A stretch of DNA of 64,000 nucleotides from an uncultured Candidatus Saccharibacteria bacterium (GCA_964367745.1 CAYIYK010000002.1:4447-68446), one strand, 5' to 3'. Shown: positions 1 to 9,037, numbered from the stretch's first letter. Notes: generated from the sequence alone by a model not told the origin. Numbers and translations are program-made.

Positions 1-873
1 TATATCGTCACAGCTATGGATATTGAGACATTCGGACATCATAGGCCAGGACTGGAGAGGATGCTTTTTGAAGTATTTGAAACAAAAGATGTAGAGTTTA
101 TTCAGATTTCTGATGCAGATAAATTCTATAAAGAAACTATCGATATAGAGCCTTCAAAAGCTACTTGGGCATCAAGCAAGCAAGATATAGACAATGGTAG
201 TCAGTTCCTGTCTTGGTCAGATCCAGAAAATATAATACATAAATGGCAATGGGCTCTTACAGATTTAGTTCTTAAAGAAGTCTATGCTCTTGATAAAAAT
301 CATTCTAGATACGATATGATAAGAAAGAAGATGGATATAGCACTCGCTTCAGACCATTTCTGGTGGGCATCTGCAAAACCTTGGTGGAGTATGGAGATGA
401 TCGAGGACGGAGCATTTAGACTACTTGATACACTAAGATTTATACCTGATATATCTAAAGAAAAATTGGAAAAAGGTCGTGACTATTATGAACATATAAT
501 TACAACAGGTTTCAATTGGCAAAGAACAGGAAAAATCCGACAAATGATGCAAGCTCAACAAGGAATACTTAGAATTCCTTTTAGAGACCGAACTCTGGGA
601 AAACCTGGCTCTGAAAATGTTTATTACGCTTTCCTCGACATGATGGAAAAACTTAAAAAGGGTGCTATAGAAAAAGATGAATACGAACAAGCTATTCTTT
701 GGCGCGATGCAATATTTAAATTAAAAAATAAACTAGATATTTACGATACGATGAATGCTATAGATTTGGTAAGAATAAAGATACCGCACGATGAAGTAGA
801 AAAAACTATAGTTGAATACGAAGAGAAGTATAGAAGAATGAGAGGAGGACAACCAGAACAAAGAGGTTCATAA
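1..873 (+). CDS. Hypothetical protein, possibly 5'-partial (frame is open to position 1); tentatively a GH57-family/DUF1957-like glucan-metabolism domain protein. Translationally coupled to the downstream phosphorylase.
   Basis: ORF 16..873 has no in-frame stop between positions 1 and 15. Its stop TAA (871-873) is followed by the ATG of the phosphorylase at 875. W-rich motif HFWWASAKPWW. The family call is weak. Confidence 0.35.
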   Translation, partial: YIVTAMDIETFGHHRPGLERMLFEVFETKDVEFIQISDADKFYKETIDIEPSKATWASSKQDIDNGSQFLSWSDPENIIHKWQWALTDLVLKEVYALDKNHSRYDMIRKKMDIALASDHFWWASAKPWWSMEMIEDGAFRLLDTLRFIPDISKEKLEKGRDYYEHIITTGFNWQRTGKIRQMMQAQQGILRIPFRDRTLGKPGSENVYYAFLDMMEKLKKGAIEKDEYEQAILWRDAIFKLKNKLDIYDTMNAIDLVRIKIPHDEVEKTIVEYEEKYRRMRGGQPEQRGS

Positions 874-874
874 A

Positions 875-2452
875 ATGAAAGAAAATATTAAGATATTTAA
901 AAATAGGCCAGTTGCATATTTTTGTGCTGAATATGCTCTTTTTGACCACACTCCATTGTATACAGGTGGGCTTGGTATTCTTGCTGGAGACTATATAAAT
1001 GAGATCGTAAAGCAAAACTTCCCTGCTATGGCGATAGGACTTTTTTATCATAAAGAACATTTACACGGTCTTGAATTGAGTCGAGAGAGGAAAACTCCGA
1101 GCGAACTTGGATTAGAATTATTAAAGGACAAAGATGGAAGTATTTTAAAAATACCAATTTTCCTAGGTGATCATAGTGCGAATGTACAGGTATGGAAATG
1201 GAGCAAAGGACAATTGACTCTTTTATTATTAGATACACAAGTTGAAGAAAACAGTCCTTATGATTGGACTATAACTGATACTCTGTATGTTGAAGATCGA
1301 GACTTAAGACTAAAACAAGAGATAATATTAGGAATTGGAGGAATGAAAGTTATTAAAAAACTAAACATTAATCCTTCGGTATATCATTTGAATGAAGGTC
1401 ATTCTTCTTTTATGACTTCAGAATTGATTTCAAATATTGTTGAAGAAAATAAAGTAAGCTTCGGTGAAGCAGTTAAGATCGCAAGAGAAAGAATCGTCTT
1501 TACAAATCATACATTGGTACAAGCTGGACAAGAGATGTTTGATGTAAATGCAATGAAAAGTATTTTTTCAGAAAATTTTATCAAGCTTGGTTATGAAGAA
1601 TCAGTAAAAATGTTTTCAATGACCAACCTAGCATTGAATATGTCATCAAAAGTGAATGCTGTAAGTGTTCTACACGGCAAAATGGCAAAAGATTTGTGGG
1701 GTAAATACAATAAAGAAGTAGTTACGAATGGAATTTTTATAGAGAGATGGGATAATCTTAAGTATTACAGTCACAAGGAGAGTAAAAGGAAGCTTATAGA
1801 CTATATTAAACAAAACAATAAAATAACTTTAGATGAAAATGTTTTGATTCTAGGTTGGTCAAGAAGATTTGTAGAATACAAAAGACCTTTAGCAATACTT
1901 GGAGATGTGGAGAGATTTAAGAAAATTGCAAAAGATGAAAATAGAAAAGTAGTTATCGTATATTCAAGTATTGTAAACAAGACATACGATAAAGAAAATC
2001 ATTTTATAAAGGAATTAGAGGATATTATCGATAACGATCTACAGGATAATGTTATATTCATTCCAAACTACGATATGGATATAGCTAAGATGATGGTTTC
2101 CGGTTGCGATGTATGGCTAAATACTCCAGAAGTTGGGCGAGAAGCATGTGGTACAAGTGGAATGAAAGCTTGTCTTAATGGTGTATTACCTCTAAGTACG
2201 AGCGATGGGTGGATAGATGAAGTAGATCTTACGAATATCGGTTGGAAAGTTCAAGATGGAGAAATAACCAAGAATCTATTAGATATTCTTGAACAACAGA
2301 TAGTACCGAGCTTCTATGATGATAAGAATAATTGGAATGATATGATGAAAAATTCAAGGAATCTAATTTTGAATCAATTCAGTACGGAGAGGATGTTGAA
2401 TGAATATATTAAGAAAATGTATTTACCTATTTTTTCAAAATCTTCTCATTAA
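875..2452 (+). CDS. glgP: Alpha-glucan (glycogen/maltodextrin) phosphorylase, GT35 family, short form
   Basis: N-terminal AYFCAEYAL...GGLGILAGD motif and PLP-lysine motif EACGTSGMKACLNG, both characteristic of GT35 phosphorylases. Confidence 0.75.
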   Translation: MKENIKIFKNRPVAYFCAEYALFDHTPLYTGGLGILAGDYINEIVKQNFPAMAIGLFYHKEHLHGLELSRERKTPSELGLELLKDKDGSILKIPIFLGDHSANVQVWKWSKGQLTLLLLDTQVEENSPYDWTITDTLYVEDRDLRLKQEIILGIGGMKVIKKLNINPSVYHLNEGHSSFMTSELISNIVEENKVSFGEAVKIARERIVFTNHTLVQAGQEMFDVNAMKSIFSENFIKLGYEESVKMFSMTNLALNMSSKVNAVSVLHGKMAKDLWGKYNKEVVTNGIFIERWDNLKYYSHKESKRKLIDYIKQNNKITLDENVLILGWSRRFVEYKRPLAILGDVERFKKIAKDENRKVVIVYSSIVNKTYDKENHFIKELEDIIDNDLQDNVIFIPNYDMDIAKMMVSGCDVWLNTPEVGREACGTSGMKACLNGVLPLSTSDGWIDEVDLTNIGWKVQDGEITKNLLDILEQQIVPSFYDDKNNWNDMMKNSRNLILNQFSTERMLNEYIKKMYLPIFSKSSH

Positions 2453-3398
2453 ATTGTCCGAGTAATTTCTCAGTATTTATTTCCCTTTCACCATAATCAG
2501 ATCTCAAGACTAGAATAGCAATTGGGTATACGGTACCGTTTATTTCCTGATTAAATAATGAAACCATAGCTTCTTTTGCTTGTTGAGTTCTCCCTGTCTT
2601 TCCTCCAATAAAATCTTCTCTCATCGAAAATGGATTGATATTTATTAGATGATGATATCCATGATCTGTAGTTGTAGCAATATCGATTTGATATCTCTTT
2701 GAAATATCTAGTATCCCCTTTTCTGAAGTATGGAGATATTTAGTTAGTGTCAGTAGGTCTGATGCGCTTGATACATTATCAGGACTTAGTCCTGATGAAT
2801 CCTTAAACTTTGTATTATGCATACCAATTTCTTGAGCAAATGCATTCATTTGTTCCATAAAATCTTTGTACCCAAATGAATCAGCGAATGCTACAGCAGC
2901 ATCATTACTCGATTCAAGTAGCAACACATGAAGCAATTCATCTGGTTTGAATTTCTCACCCAAAACCAAATGCCCCGCATCGCCATAAGCGTCCAGAGCA
3001 TTTTGGTTAATTTCAATATCCTTTTGTAAATCAAATAAATGATGTACAACAAGAGCAGTGTAAAGCTTACTAACTGAAGCGATTGGGAATACTTTATCTG
3101 AATTAAAGTCTATATATTTCTCTCCAGTAACAAGGTTTGCAACAAGGTAAGATTCGGCAGTTATATATGGTCTTGGAACACTTGGTTTTATTTTTGGCTT
3201 CTCTATTATATTGTTATGATCATCAATAAGTATTTTTGGATCAATCTCAATATTGTCTTCAACTTTATCTCCAAGAAACTTTGATATTTGAGGTTGTTCC
3301 AAAGCCACTCTATAAAATCTCTCATTAACATCTTTTATAGATGCAACGGCGATGATCACTATGAGGCAGAATATAAGTAAGTACTTGTTACGGTTCAT
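2427..3398 (-). CDS. D-alanyl-D-alanine carboxypeptidase (serine peptidase S11, PBP5/6-like), membrane-anchored
   Basis: N-terminal TM segment, SxxK motif (SVSKL) and SxN motif (SSND). Confidence 0.7.
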   Translation of the reverse strand: MNRNKYLLIFCLIVIIAVASIKDVNERFYRVALEQPQISKFLGDKVEDNIEIDPKILIDDHNNIIEKPKIKPSVPRPYITAESYLVANLVTGEKYIDFNSDKVFPIASVSKLYTALVVHHLFDLQKDIEINQNALDAYGDAGHLVLGEKFKPDELLHVLLLESSNDAAVAFADSFGYKDFMEQMNAFAQEIGMHNTKFKDSSGLSPDNVSSASDLLTLTKYLHTSEKGILDISKRYQIDIATTTDHGYHHLININPFSMREDFIGGKTGRTQQAKEAMVSLFNQEINGTVYPIAILVLRSDYGEREINTEKLLGQFNEKILKK

Positions 3399-3435
3399 TA
3401 CTTATATTATAGCAGATTGGATGCCACTATAGATT

Positions 3436-3888
3436 TCATCTTGTTACTGATATATCTGGGTTAATTTCACCCACAGCACTTACCTTTACTCTACCGTCAC
3501 TATCCTGAGATATTTGATATTTCGTATCATAATCAGATATACTCACAAACTTTGCACCAGTCTTTGATGGGTCAAATGGTAATGAAGAAACATAGGTCGG
3601 TACTAAACATGAAGCTATATCGGAATCACCTAAGATATTTGAAATATTTTTTGATGTACTTGCCAGAGAAACACTACATTGGAATATCCCTCTATTCTCT
3701 GCCATGTTTTGACCTACAGCATTCAATATAGCAGTGACATTTGCAACTCTTTGCGAATCCCTAGCGAGTTTGAATTGTCTTGCGGGGTTAATAGCCACAA
3801 GCACAACAGCTGCCAAAACGGCAATTATTCCGATCACAACCAAAATTTCAATCAAAGTAAAACCTCTTTTATTTTTATTATATTTTGT
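3436..3888 (-). CDS. pilA: Type IV pilin (major pilin candidate) with prepilin class III signal
   Basis: MTKYNKNKRG|FTLIEILVVIGIIAVLAAVV is the canonical G-FTLIE prepilin cleavage/methylation motif. The ORF-track start at 3936 adds 16 extra residues; the start at MTKY (3888) is more likely. Confidence 0.75.
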   Translation of the reverse strand, partial: TKYNKNKRGFTLIEILVVIGIIAVLAAVVLVAINPARQFKLARDSQRVANVTAILNAVGQNMAENRGIFQCSVSLASTSKNISNILGDSDIASCLVPTYVSSLPFDPSKTGAKFVSISDYDTKYQISQDSDGRVKVSAVGEINPDISVTR

Positions 3889-4004
3889 CATTAAATTTAA
3901 ATTAATTAATAATAGACAAATAATAATCCAATCCAATAAATTCCATTTAAAATAAAAATGAAATCTAAATGAAATTTTTATTAAAATTTCATTTATTAGA
4001 TAAT

Positions 4005-4391
4005 TTATTGAACTAATTCCAATCTATTATCATATAACTTAACTTTTGCAGTTCTATTTATATTAACACCTTTATAATCGCCTTGAGATTCAATCACAAT
4101 AACTCCATCAAAATCATATACCTTTATTATCTTACAATTTAAATATTCAATTTTAATCGGATTATTTGTCCTAAAGAAATAGTCCGATGAAAGTCTTAGC
4201 GTCGCTTGATCAATACAACTGTATGCATTGTAATAATTCATCAATCTATATTCCTTTGTTATTACTTGGTCAAAGAAGGAAGCAATCTCAATGGATTGTA
4301 AATAAGAAAAAGCTAATAACATACTAGAAACTACTATCACTAGCGTAATCGATACAAATCCCTGGTTGTAGTATTTATTTATCCTAATCAT
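4005..4391 (-). CDS. PilX-like minor pilin / pseudopilin (prepilin-like N-terminus without Glu5)
   Basis: NQG|FVSITLVIVVSSMLLAF N-terminal hydrophobic helix after a Gly; sits inside the pilus locus. Confidence 0.4.
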   Translation of the reverse strand: MIRINKYYNQGFVSITLVIVVSSMLLAFSYLQSIEIASFFDQVITKEYRLMNYYNAYSCIDQATLRLSSDYFFRTNNPIKIEYLNCKIIKVYDFDGVIVIESQGDYKGVNINRTAKVKLYDNRLELVQ

Positions 4392-4551
4392 GAAAATTCT
4401 TTATTAATATCTTATAGTCTTCATCTTTTAAAATAGGTCTCTTTTGTTGTGTGTACAAAGTTCCGACGATCGAAGAAAACACCCCAAGGATAAGTAAGGA
4501 GAGGAGACTAATATACAGAATCGTTTCAATTAGTGAAAAACCTTTATTCAT
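4384..4551 (-). CDS. Unannotated 55-aa mini-prepilin (MNKG|FSLIETILYISLLSLLILGVFSSIVG...)
   Basis: I translated the 4551->4384 minus-strand frame by hand: ATG at 4549-4551 (rc), stop TAG at 4384-4386 (rc). It carries a perfect class III signal (KG-FSLIE, Glu at +5) and overlaps the end of the upstream large pilin gene by about 8 nt. It is below the 60-aa cutoff of the ORF track. Confidence 0.5.
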   Translation of the reverse strand: MNKGFSLIETILYISLLSLLILGVFSSIVGTLYTQQKRPILKDEDYKILIKNFHD

Positions 4552-5848
4552 TCTTTTTTAGAAATAAGAATCCACTACTGTCCCCTGTTGCAAAGAAAAT
4601 ATTGTTATTATCGCAGACCATTTTGACTGGACTTGAACCTAGCCCGATATCAGATACTTTATTCATCGACTCAGTATCGAGTACTTGGAATTCTTTACCA
4701 TTATTATGAGTTAGTGTAAGAACATATTTGTCTCTTAGCAATAATCCATATACTCCTCCTGCAATATCTTTCGATTTCATGGGAGTAGATGTGGGAAAAA
4801 TAAATAGTTCATGATTTGCTTGAACATTAAAACCTCCAACTGTTCTACCTAGTGCAATAGCACTTTCAAATGATTCTAGTATTTTACCTTCTTGGGTTTG
4901 CCAACCTGATGGAGAGAATGAATTTATTAATATTGGATTATTAGGATTTGAAACGTCCAACACTCTCATTTGTTTCTCATCGGATGAAGCGATGTAAGCT
5001 TTATTATCGATAACCAAAATATCATTTATTAAAGTATTAGTCTCAAAACTTCCTACAACTACAGGATTATACGGATCTTGTACTGACACTATGGATAGTT
5101 CATAACCATTCCATTTCTCAGTACCAAGATAAATATACCCCTTTGAATAATGTATTGACGAAGCGAATGGAGGAGTTGTGCTTGATGTTGGTAAAGGTAG
5201 TTTAATCTGCGAAATCAATTTTGGATTGAACCTATCGTGTATATCAAGTACCTGTAATTGATTTATTGTGCTTGCTTGAGCCAAGTATACATAAGGTCCA
5301 ACCACTTCAAGTGAGGATACTCCAGGCCCAGTATTTATTGATGAAATAAGCTTAATACTATTAATGTCATTTACATCAAAAATAAAGAAATCACTCTTGC
5401 TTGATATACTCGAATCAGCAGATAAATAGACAATATTGTTTCTTACCTCAATGTCGGTACTAAGATTTGATATACCTATATCAATATTGTTTTGACGTAA
5501 ATTATAATCTTTAAAATCAAATTTTAATTTTGGATCACAATAGGTCTTTCCCCACGAATCTACAAAGTTTGTTTTTGAGATACTAAATAATTTATTAAAA
5601 AATATCTTAGTATAATTCCCATAATAAGTATCCTCGAGATTGGTAATATTTAAAATATCTTTAGACAAAGCTTCCATAGTATTTAGTTCCTCTATAGACC
5701 ATAACTTCATTTTAGGTATTGAAGAATTAAGAGTAAAAGTTGTTATTGTAAACAGAACAAAGAGCGAAAAAGAAATCATGATTTCTACAGTCAGGAACCC
5801 TTTATTTGATTTGATAAATTTATTTCGAAATATGATTGGTGATTTCAT
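4544..5848 (-). CDS. Large prepilin-like protein (minor pilin/tip-adhesin candidate) with repeated beta-propeller-like (LVIVD-type) segments
   Basis: N-terminus MKSPIIFRNKFIKSNKG|FLTVEIMISFSLFVLF matches the G-F-x-x-x-E prepilin motif. Repeated segments such as LVIDNKAYIASSDEKQMRVLDVSNPNNP, VYLAQASTINQLQVLDIHDRFNP and IYLGTEKWNGYELSIVSVQDPYNP look like propeller blades. Start adjusted from 5887 to the internal Met. Confidence 0.55.
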   Translation of the reverse strand: MKSPIIFRNKFIKSNKGFLTVEIMISFSLFVLFTITTFTLNSSIPKMKLWSIEELNTMEALSKDILNITNLEDTYYGNYTKIFFNKLFSISKTNFVDSWGKTYCDPKLKFDFKDYNLRQNNIDIGISNLSTDIEVRNNIVYLSADSSISSKSDFFIFDVNDINSIKLISSINTGPGVSSLEVVGPYVYLAQASTINQLQVLDIHDRFNPKLISQIKLPLPTSSTTPPFASSIHYSKGYIYLGTEKWNGYELSIVSVQDPYNPVVVGSFETNTLINDILVIDNKAYIASSDEKQMRVLDVSNPNNPILINSFSPSGWQTQEGKILESFESAIALGRTVGGFNVQANHELFIFPTSTPMKSKDIAGGVYGLLLRDKYVLTLTHNNGKEFQVLDTESMNKVSDIGLGSSPVKMVCDNNNIFFATGDSSGFLFLKKNE

Positions 5849-6896
5849 ATACAGGCAGAATGATAGATAGAGCAATAGAACCGACAATTAACCCCATTAA
5901 GACCATAAGTACAGGTTCGATAAGTGAAGAGAATCTTTTAAGAACGTTATCTATATCTTGTTCAAAAATCCGTGAGCAATGACCGAACATCTCTCCCAGA
6001 TTTCCTGATTTCTCTCCGAGAGACAACATATCGATTAGGATAGTTGGGAAAAAGTCTTTATGTTTATTTATAGAATTCGACAGTGATATACCCTTTATTG
6101 AATCGTTATATATTCCTTCATATATTATTTTATAAAACAAATTGTTAGTTGATTCTTTATAGAACAATAAAATATCAGTTAGTCCTTTGCCGGAGGATAA
6201 AAGCATTTCCCCCATCCGGCATGCTGATATCATATCGTTTGTAACAATATAGTTTGATAATATTGGAATTTTGGTAATAATTTTCTGAATCTTTAGGCGA
6301 ATAAATTCATATTTTTTAAACAAAAAATTGAATGATATAGATAATAGTACGAGTAGAATCACAACCACAACTCCCTTTGAAATCAGAAAATAATATATAG
6401 ATTGAACTATCCTAGTTATTAACGGTAGTTGTATATTTAGACTTGAGAGTAGAGGTATTATCTTAGGAAATATATAAAGGATGAGAAATAACGTCATTAG
6501 TATAGTAGCGACGACTATGAACGATGGGTAAACTAGTGAGCTGATGATTTTTTTCTTAATATCATTTTTCTTTTCTAGAAACAAATAAGCTTGGTTTAGT
6601 GATTGAGACAATCTTCCACCCTCTTCACCGTTTTTAATGAGTACGATCAGTAGATGATCAAATCTTAATCCGAGGTTCTTAATACTTCTAGCAAGTGGCA
6701 TACCCTTCTCAAGATCAGAAATTATATGAGAATAGACTTCCTTTCTTTTTATATTTTTATCTATATTTCTCATCACATAAAGAGATTCAACCAACGAAGT
6801 ATTTGATTCAAGTAATATAGACAACCTTTGAGCAAAAAATATTTGATCGGATAGATTAAAAGAATTATTTTTAATTTTATTTATTTTATTATTCAT
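5820..6896 (-). CDS. pilC: Type IV pilus assembly platform protein PilC (GspF family)
   Basis: Polytopic membrane protein with two GspF-like repeats; its ends overlap pilB and the pilin gene, indicating an operon. Confidence 0.75.
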   Translation of the reverse strand: MNNKINKIKNNSFNLSDQIFFAQRLSILLESNTSLVESLYVMRNIDKNIKRKEVYSHIISDLEKGMPLARSIKNLGLRFDHLLIVLIKNGEEGGRLSQSLNQAYLFLEKKNDIKKKIISSLVYPSFIVVATILMTLFLILYIFPKIIPLLSSLNIQLPLITRIVQSIYYFLISKGVVVVILLVLLSISFNFLFKKYEFIRLKIQKIITKIPILSNYIVTNDMISACRMGEMLLSSGKGLTDILLFYKESTNNLFYKIIYEGIYNDSIKGISLSNSINKHKDFFPTILIDMLSLGEKSGNLGEMFGHCSRIFEQDIDNVLKRFSSLIEPVLMVLMGLIVGSIALSIILPVYEITNHISK

Positions 6897-8025
6897 GTAG
6901 TATTCTCAATATTTCGTCTTGAGTAGTAATTCCCTTTTCTACCTTTTCCATCCCATCCTCGTACATAGTTCTCATTCCTTTGCTTTTTGCATATCTAGAA
7001 ATCTCATTCATCGGTGTTCTAGACATTATGTATTTCCTTAATTCATCATCTATTACAAGAGTTTCAGAGACAACAACTCTTCCCCTAAAACCCAAATCTC
7101 CGCATTCTCGGCACCCGCAACCAGCCCCTTTGCATTTTCCGCAGATCTTTCTCACTAGCCTTTGGGCAATAACTAAAGAAAGAGTTGAAGCAACTAGATA
7201 GGGGTCTATACCCATATCTATTAGCCTCAAAATCGCACCGAGAGATGAATTCGTATGTAGAGTAGATAGAAGTAGATGACCTGTTAAAGAAATATTCGTG
7301 GCTATCTGTGCAGTTTCTGTATCTCTAATTTCTCCGACCATTATGATATCTGGATCTTGTCTGACTATTGATCTAAGACCATTAGCAAAATTTATTCCAT
7401 GTCTAGTCTGAATCTGTATTTGTCTTACTTCTGGTATCGCATACTCTATCGGATCTTCTAAGGTTATTATTGAATTCTTTCCATTTGATAATAGCGAAAG
7501 CAAGGTATATAAGGTTGATGTCTTACCTGATCCAGTAGGTCCAGTTACAAGCACCATTCCCTGGTGATACGACAGACAACCGACTATTCTATCAATGTCA
7601 TGTTCTGAGAATCCCAGATCTCCAAGTTTTGGTATATCACTATCACTTCTTAATATTCTCATTACTGCATTTTCACCATGATGAGTTGGTATTATCGACA
7701 CTCTTATATCACAATCACAAATATTTTTGGCAAATCTAAACCTCCCATCTTGTGGTACAAAATGTATATCCGTTCTAAGTCCCGACAAAACCTTTATTCT
7801 AGATATGAGCTCGTCGTGAGATATATCCTGTAAACTATCTATATAAGTTAATATCCCATCGATTCTAAACTTAATTACTACACTATCCTTTGTAGGATCG
7901 ATATGTATATCAGAAGAATTCCTATAGTAAGCATAAGTAATAATAGAATCGACGAGCTCAACTATCGACCTTATATCATGCAATGTTTTTTCATTTTCAG
8001 TTATTTTATATTGTTTTTCTTGCAT
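6889..8025 (-). CDS. pilB: Type IV pilus assembly ATPase PilB/GspE family
   Basis: Walker A motif GPTGSGKTST, Asp box, Walker B, and a tetracysteine motif CGKCKGAGCGCRECGDLG. Start taken at MQEKQ (ATG at 8023-8025 rc) rather than the ORF-track 8058. Confidence 0.85.
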   Translation of the reverse strand: MQEKQYKITENEKTLHDIRSIVELVDSIITYAYYRNSSDIHIDPTKDSVVIKFRIDGILTYIDSLQDISHDELISRIKVLSGLRTDIHFVPQDGRFRFAKNICDCDIRVSIIPTHHGENAVMRILRSDSDIPKLGDLGFSEHDIDRIVGCLSYHQGMVLVTGPTGSGKTSTLYTLLSLLSNGKNSIITLEDPIEYAIPEVRQIQIQTRHGINFANGLRSIVRQDPDIIMVGEIRDTETAQIATNISLTGHLLLSTLHTNSSLGAILRLIDMGIDPYLVASTLSLVIAQRLVRKICGKCKGAGCGCRECGDLGFRGRVVVSETLVIDDELRKYIMSRTPMNEISRYAKSKGMRTMYEDGMEKVEKGITTQDEILRILHE

Positions 8026-8046
8026 GCAAAAAGAATAACAACACTC

Positions 8047-8088
8047 AATAAAATTCAAATAAAATAATAATAAAATCCGGATAAAATT
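8047..8088. promoter_or_regulatory. Phased A-tract motif (ATAAAAT x4 at about 10-11 bp spacing) immediately upstream of pilB; related copies at 26616-26657 and 34408-34450
   Basis: Copies compared by eye: ATAAAATTCAAATAAAATAATAATAAAATCCGGATAAAAT versus ATAAAATCTATTTAAAATCTAAATAAAATTGGAATAAAAT versus ATAAAATCCATATAAAAACAGAATAAAATTGAAATAAAAA. Confidence 0.35.
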
Positions 8089-8256
8089 CCCTTTTTCTGT
8101 GGAAAAGTTTAACTTTTATTCCAAAATACCCTTGTTTATAAACATAGTTGCTATTGCACTTTTTTTATTGTATATTACTCTCTGGCTGTTCTTTTCGTTT
8201 TTTAATGATTGGAAATACAGTCAAGAATGTAAATCTACGAAAAAATTAGTAGGATT

Positions 8257-8955
8257 ATGGGAAATACTAACCATAAACACATCGCCATTGCCGGACCGAC
8301 ATCAGTTGGCAAAGGTTACACTGGAAAACAAATCATTGCCTCACTTGGTGAGAAAAAAGTATGGATGATAGTGCTTGGAAAGCTCATCGTCGACAGAATG
8401 GACCGAGATGCTGGATTCCGTGGACAATACGGTGAGACTGTTCAGAAAGGAGGACTACTCCCTTACGAAGTCGTTACGCCGATGGTTGAAGAATGCTACC
8501 AAGAAGGAATCAACGCAGGGTTCGACGTCTTCTGCTGGGACGGATACGCTAGAGACAGGAGACAGGCAGAAAAACTTCTTCAGATTTGGGAAGTTCCCAA
8601 AATTGGAGGAAATAACTATAGGTTCTTCATGCTCAGAGCAAGCAGGGCGACTTGCAGAGGTCGTCTTGATGATGCGATAGCTTCGGGGAGGAGATCGAAT
8701 CGCGGAGACAATCACGTCTTCGATGACAGATACAATCTTCATTCGAAGAATGAGCCTGAAGTTATCGAAACGATCAGGCAATCTGGTGGCTATGTGAAGA
8801 TCATTGACGCCAACAAGCCACTTGGTCATATAGCAATATCTGTTCTGATTTCATGCAGGCAGATTATGACTTTCAAGGACAGTATCAGTTTCGAGAATGA
8901 ACCAACGATTGCCACAGGGACTAAGAGTCCACGTCAATCACTAGTCGCGGCCTAA
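8257..8955 (+). CDS. Divergent adenylate-kinase-family (NMP kinase) protein; GC-rich relative to its surroundings
   Basis: P-loop IAIAGPTSVGKG; GGLLPYEVV resembles the Adk G-x-LVPDE segment; GFDVFCWDGYARDRRQAE resembles GFLLDGFPRTxxQAE; a LID-like RGRLDD. The overlapping ORFs 8375..8680 and 8455..8829 are GC-induced artifacts. Confidence 0.55.
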   Translation: MGNTNHKHIAIAGPTSVGKGYTGKQIIASLGEKKVWMIVLGKLIVDRMDRDAGFRGQYGETVQKGGLLPYEVVTPMVEECYQEGINAGFDVFCWDGYARDRRQAEKLLQIWEVPKIGGNNYRFFMLRASRATCRGRLDDAIASGRRSNRGDNHVFDDRYNLHSKNEPEVIETIRQSGGYVKIIDANKPLGHIAISVLISCRQIMTFKDSISFENEPTIATGTKSPRQSLVAA

Positions 8956-8973
8956 CGGCACGCACTACAAAAC

Positions 8974-9003
8974 CGACCGCCCTATTGGACGGTCGCTTTT
9001 TTA
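8974..9003 (+). terminator. Rho-independent terminator downstream of the kinase-like gene
   Basis: Stem cgaccg(cc)...(gg)cggtcg followed by TTTTTTATT. Confidence 0.6.
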
Positions 9004-9037
9004 TTATAGATTTTTTATTTATTTTTTATATATCAAA

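Noticed and set aside
3436-3936. ORF-track start of the pilin gene at 3936 (MDWIIICLLLINLNLM...)
   Set aside because: The extension places 16 hydrophobic residues before the prepilin leader. The class III signal requires a short basic leader, so the start at 3888 (MTKYNKNKRG|FTLIE) is used.
8099-8368. ORF 8099..8368 (+) upstream of the kinase-like gene
   Set aside because: It overlaps the divergent promoter/A-tract region and the better-supported kinase start with an AGGA ribosome-binding site; it is probably non-coding.
8375-8829. ORFs 8375..8680 (+) and 8455..8829 (-) overlapping the kinase-like gene
   Set aside because: They lie inside a GC-rich coding region where stop codons are rare on all frames. 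They have no start context and overlap a gene with clear family motifs, so they are artifacts.
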